DNA from: an uncultured Porphyromonadaceae bacterium
Lineage (GTDB): Bacteria > Bacteroidota > Bacteroidia > Bacteroidales > Paludibacteraceae
Direction of reading: 5' to 3'
NCBI GenBank assembly: GCA_949285425.1
Contig: CASEAJ010000046.1
Span: forward strand, 4,250 to 68,249
DNA length: 64,000 bases
The position numbers and the translations under genes are program-made. Under the pieces are notes generated by a model, which ran no database searches, was not told the origin of the DNA, and saw only the letters and a list, made by a program, of their open reading frames with translations. Below, piece by piece: positions 61,706 through 64,000 of the stretch; within the stretch, counting starts at the first letter, position 1, and every line of letters begins with the position of its first letter.

Positions 61706-63283
61706 TCACTGCCCGACGGTAGCCGAAAGATAAGCCGCCGCCTTGCGCGCCATGTTCTGCCCGTCGACAGCCGACGAAGTGATGCCTCCCGAATAGCCGG
61801 CACCCTCGCCTGCAGGAAAGAGCCCGCGCACGGCAGGATGTTGTCCGCTTTCCGGGTCGCGAGGAATGCGCACGGCCGATGACGAGCGTGACTCCACACC
61901 CACCACCACAGCCTCGTTGGTGAGATAACCTCGCATCTTGCGGTCGAACTTGCGGAATCCCTCACGCAGCCGGCTCGAAATGAACTCCGGCAACCAGAAA
62001 TGCAAGGGCGAAGATATGAGACCCGGCAAATACGAACAGGGAGGCAAGTCGGACGACAACCGCCCGTCGACAAAGTCGCGCAGGCGTTGTGCAGGAGCCA
62101 CCGCCCCTTGTCCGCCGTTATTCAAGTAAGCCAAATTCTCAACATGCTGCTGAAACTTCAGCCCGGCCAGGTCACCATAGGCTTGAAACTCGGCAGGTAT
62201 ATCTTCCGGGCGTATCTCGACCACAATGCCCGAATTGGCATAGGGCGAATTACGTTTGGACACGGACATGCCGTTGACCACCACCTGCCGTTCACCGCTC
62301 CCGGCCGGGACAATGTGTCCGCCGGGACACATGCAAAACGAATAGACGCCCCGCCCATCAACCTGTTCCACCAGATTGTAAGAGGCTGCCGGCAAGTATT
62401 TGCCCCGTTCCTTGCAGTGGTACTGTATGCTGTCGATAAGTTTTTGCGGATGTTCCACCCGTACCCCCATGGCAAAACCTTTCTGTTCAAGTCCGATGCC
62501 CTGCTTGTGCAACAGTTCATACACATCGTGCGCCGAATGTCCGGTAGCCAATATCAATGCCTGTGCATGAAAAACGGTACCATCGGCCGTTTCACATCCG
62601 GCTATCCGATCGTCATCCAACAACAGGCGGGTCAGCTTCTGACCGAAATGCACCTCACCTCCACAGTTTCTTATGGTATCGGTCATGCGCCCTATCACCA
62701 ACGGCAATTTGTCTGAACCTATGTGAGGATGAGTTTCATAAAGCACCGACTCATCCGCTCCGTGATAGTAGAACAGTTCAAACACCTTGCGTACATCACC
62801 TTTTTTACGCGAACGGGTATGCAGTTTCCCGTCCGAGAACGTACCTGCCCCACCCTCTCCGAAACAATAGTTAGACTCGACGTTAAATGCTTTGTTCCGG
62901 TTCAGCTGTGCAATGTCAACCTTACGGCTATGCGCATCTTTTCCCCGTTCTATGACTATCGGACGAAATCCAAGTTCTATCAACTCCAAAGCAGCAAACA
63001 GCCCGGCCGGTCCCGAACCTACTATCAGCACAGAAGGCCTGTCTCCCACCGGCTTGAAATCAAACTGAGGCATCGTTTCCTTCGGAGGCTGCTCATCCCA
63101 ATACACTTCCAAGGTAAGATTTATTTTCGGACGTCCTCCACGCGAATCTATTGCCTTTTTCTGCATACGTACCCGTGTAATGCGTTCAGGTGCAACATGA
63201 AGTTCCTTTGCCACTTGTTCATACAACAGTTCCGGCTCGCCGGCTTGTTGGGGAGAAAGTATCAGTTGAAGTTGAGAATACAT
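61706..63283 (-). CDS. FAD-dependent oxidoreductase
   Basis: GSGPAG, GEGGAGTFSDGKL, ATGHSA, SFCMCPGG, GEGAGYSGGI. Confidence 0.9.
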   Translation of the reverse strand: MYSQLQLILSPQQAGEPELLYEQVAKELHVAPERITRVRMQKKAIDSRGGRPKINLTLEVYWDEQPPKETMPQFDFKPVGDRPSVLIVGSGPAGLFAALELIELGFRPIVIERGKDAHSRKVDIAQLNRNKAFNVESNYCFGEGGAGTFSDGKLHTRSRKKGDVRKVFELFYYHGADESVLYETHPHIGSDKLPLVIGRMTDTIRNCGGEVHFGQKLTRLLLDDDRIAGCETADGTVFHAQALILATGHSAHDVYELLHKQGIGLEQKGFAMGVRVEHPQKLIDSIQYHCKERGKYLPAASYNLVEQVDGRGVYSFCMCPGGHIVPAGSGERQVVVNGMSVSKRNSPYANSGIVVEIRPEDIPAEFQAYGDLAGLKFQQHVENLAYLNNGGQGAVAPAQRLRDFVDGRLSSDLPPCSYLPGLISSPLHFWLPEFISSRLREGFRKFDRKMRGYLTNEAVVVGVESRSSSAVRIPRDPESGQHPAVRGLFPAGEGAGYSGGITSSAVDGQNMARKAAAYLSATVGQ

Positions 63284-63307
63284 ATATAAGATTCCTTTTA
63301 TCCGTGG

Positions 63308-63448
63308 CAAAGATAATGCAAATGAGTGCAAAAGCAATCAAGCTCGCTTGAATTGTTTTTGCCGAATACAGCTTATCTTATCTAAAGATAATGCAAATGA
63401 GTGCAAAAGCACCTAGTTCACTTGAATTGTTCTTACCGAATGCATTCC
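63308..63448. repeat. Two tandem copies (75-bp period) of the promoter-bearing hairpin element
   Basis: aaagataatgcaaatgagtgcaaaagca at 63309 and 63384; TATCTTTG of the first copy faces the oxidoreductase gene. Confidence 0.88.
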
Positions 63449-63648
63449 ACCTTTCTTCTATCACCCTGCAAACGATGTAAATGACAACGCCAATTGAATA
63501 TAAAAGACTGATTGGATTCACTCTCTATGCTAATGTGGTACAAAAAGTGATAAGTTCTGTTAAGATGCAAAAAATATCATGCTGTTGGCTTATTTTTTGA
63601 AACTATGAAGACAGATAACATTCAAAAAAGAATTTAATTATAAAAGGT

Positions 63649-64000
63649 ATGAAAAAGAAAAGTTTTGTTTTACTGACCGTATTGGCTGCGGCGTTGGCCT
63701 CGTGCCAAAAGAGTCCCGACTTGGAAAATTTGGATTACGAGTACCTGGTGTACACACAACGTGACACTACGGCCGACTGGTCGGCTCACACTACGTATTA
63801 TGTAGCTGACAGCATCCTGATTATCGGCAATTCGGAAGATCCTATGTACTGGAACGATGATGAAGCGGAAAAACTGCTCAGCATGATTACAACCACCATG
63901 GACGAACGGGGTTATACCCGCAGCACGACCAAAGAAGAAGCCGATCTCGGCATTCAGGTAAGCTACATCAGCAGCACCCATTTCTTCGTCAATTATCCGG
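63649..64000 (+). CDS. DUF4136-like lipoprotein (partial, runs off the window; absent from the ORF track)
   Basis: MKKKSFVLLTVLAAALASC lipobox; open to the end of the window; TYYVADSIL, M..RGY......ADLGIQVSY. Confidence 0.75.
   Translation, partial: MKKKSFVLLTVLAAALASCQKSPDLENLDYEYLVYTQRDTTADWSAHTTYYVADSILIIGNSEDPMYWNDDEAEKLLSMITTTMDERGYTRSTTKEEADLGIQVSYISSTHFFVNYP

Noticed and set aside
63670-63981. 103-aa minus-strand ORF
   Set aside because: Antisense to the partial lipoprotein gene starting at 63649.

Overview
64 kb of Bacteroidales chromosome. The evidence is TAnnTTTG -7 promoter boxes, a T9SS sortase PorU, DUF5103/DUF4136-type proteins and a Bacteroides-type nqr operon. It is mostly housekeeping: membrane PPase, RNA modification, AddB-like nuclease, pepE, NAD synthetase, glmS, ispE, tdk, mutY, fur and nqrABCDEF. 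It also has an AT-rich glycan-modification cluster (~42.4-48.4 kb) and a TetR + giant 2-hydroxyacyl-CoA dehydratase activase pair. I see no tRNA, rRNA, CRISPR array, transposase or prophage. Signals not explained by standard annotation: (1) NqrC carries an N-terminal, predicted cytoplasmic rubredoxin-like domain (CxxC-x12-CxxC). (2) Seven intergenic arrays of palindromic units with a strict 22-bp period (one 23-bp) belong to several sequence families; two families recur at distant loci as 4-unit cassettes. (3) A ~75-bp dispersed hairpin element supplies the -7 promoter box to three unrelated genes. (4) Two other MITE-like or structured intergenic elements are present. (5) An orphan restriction-nuclease-like ORF sits in the glmS-ispE run. 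All product calls come from motif recognition by eye; no database searches were run.
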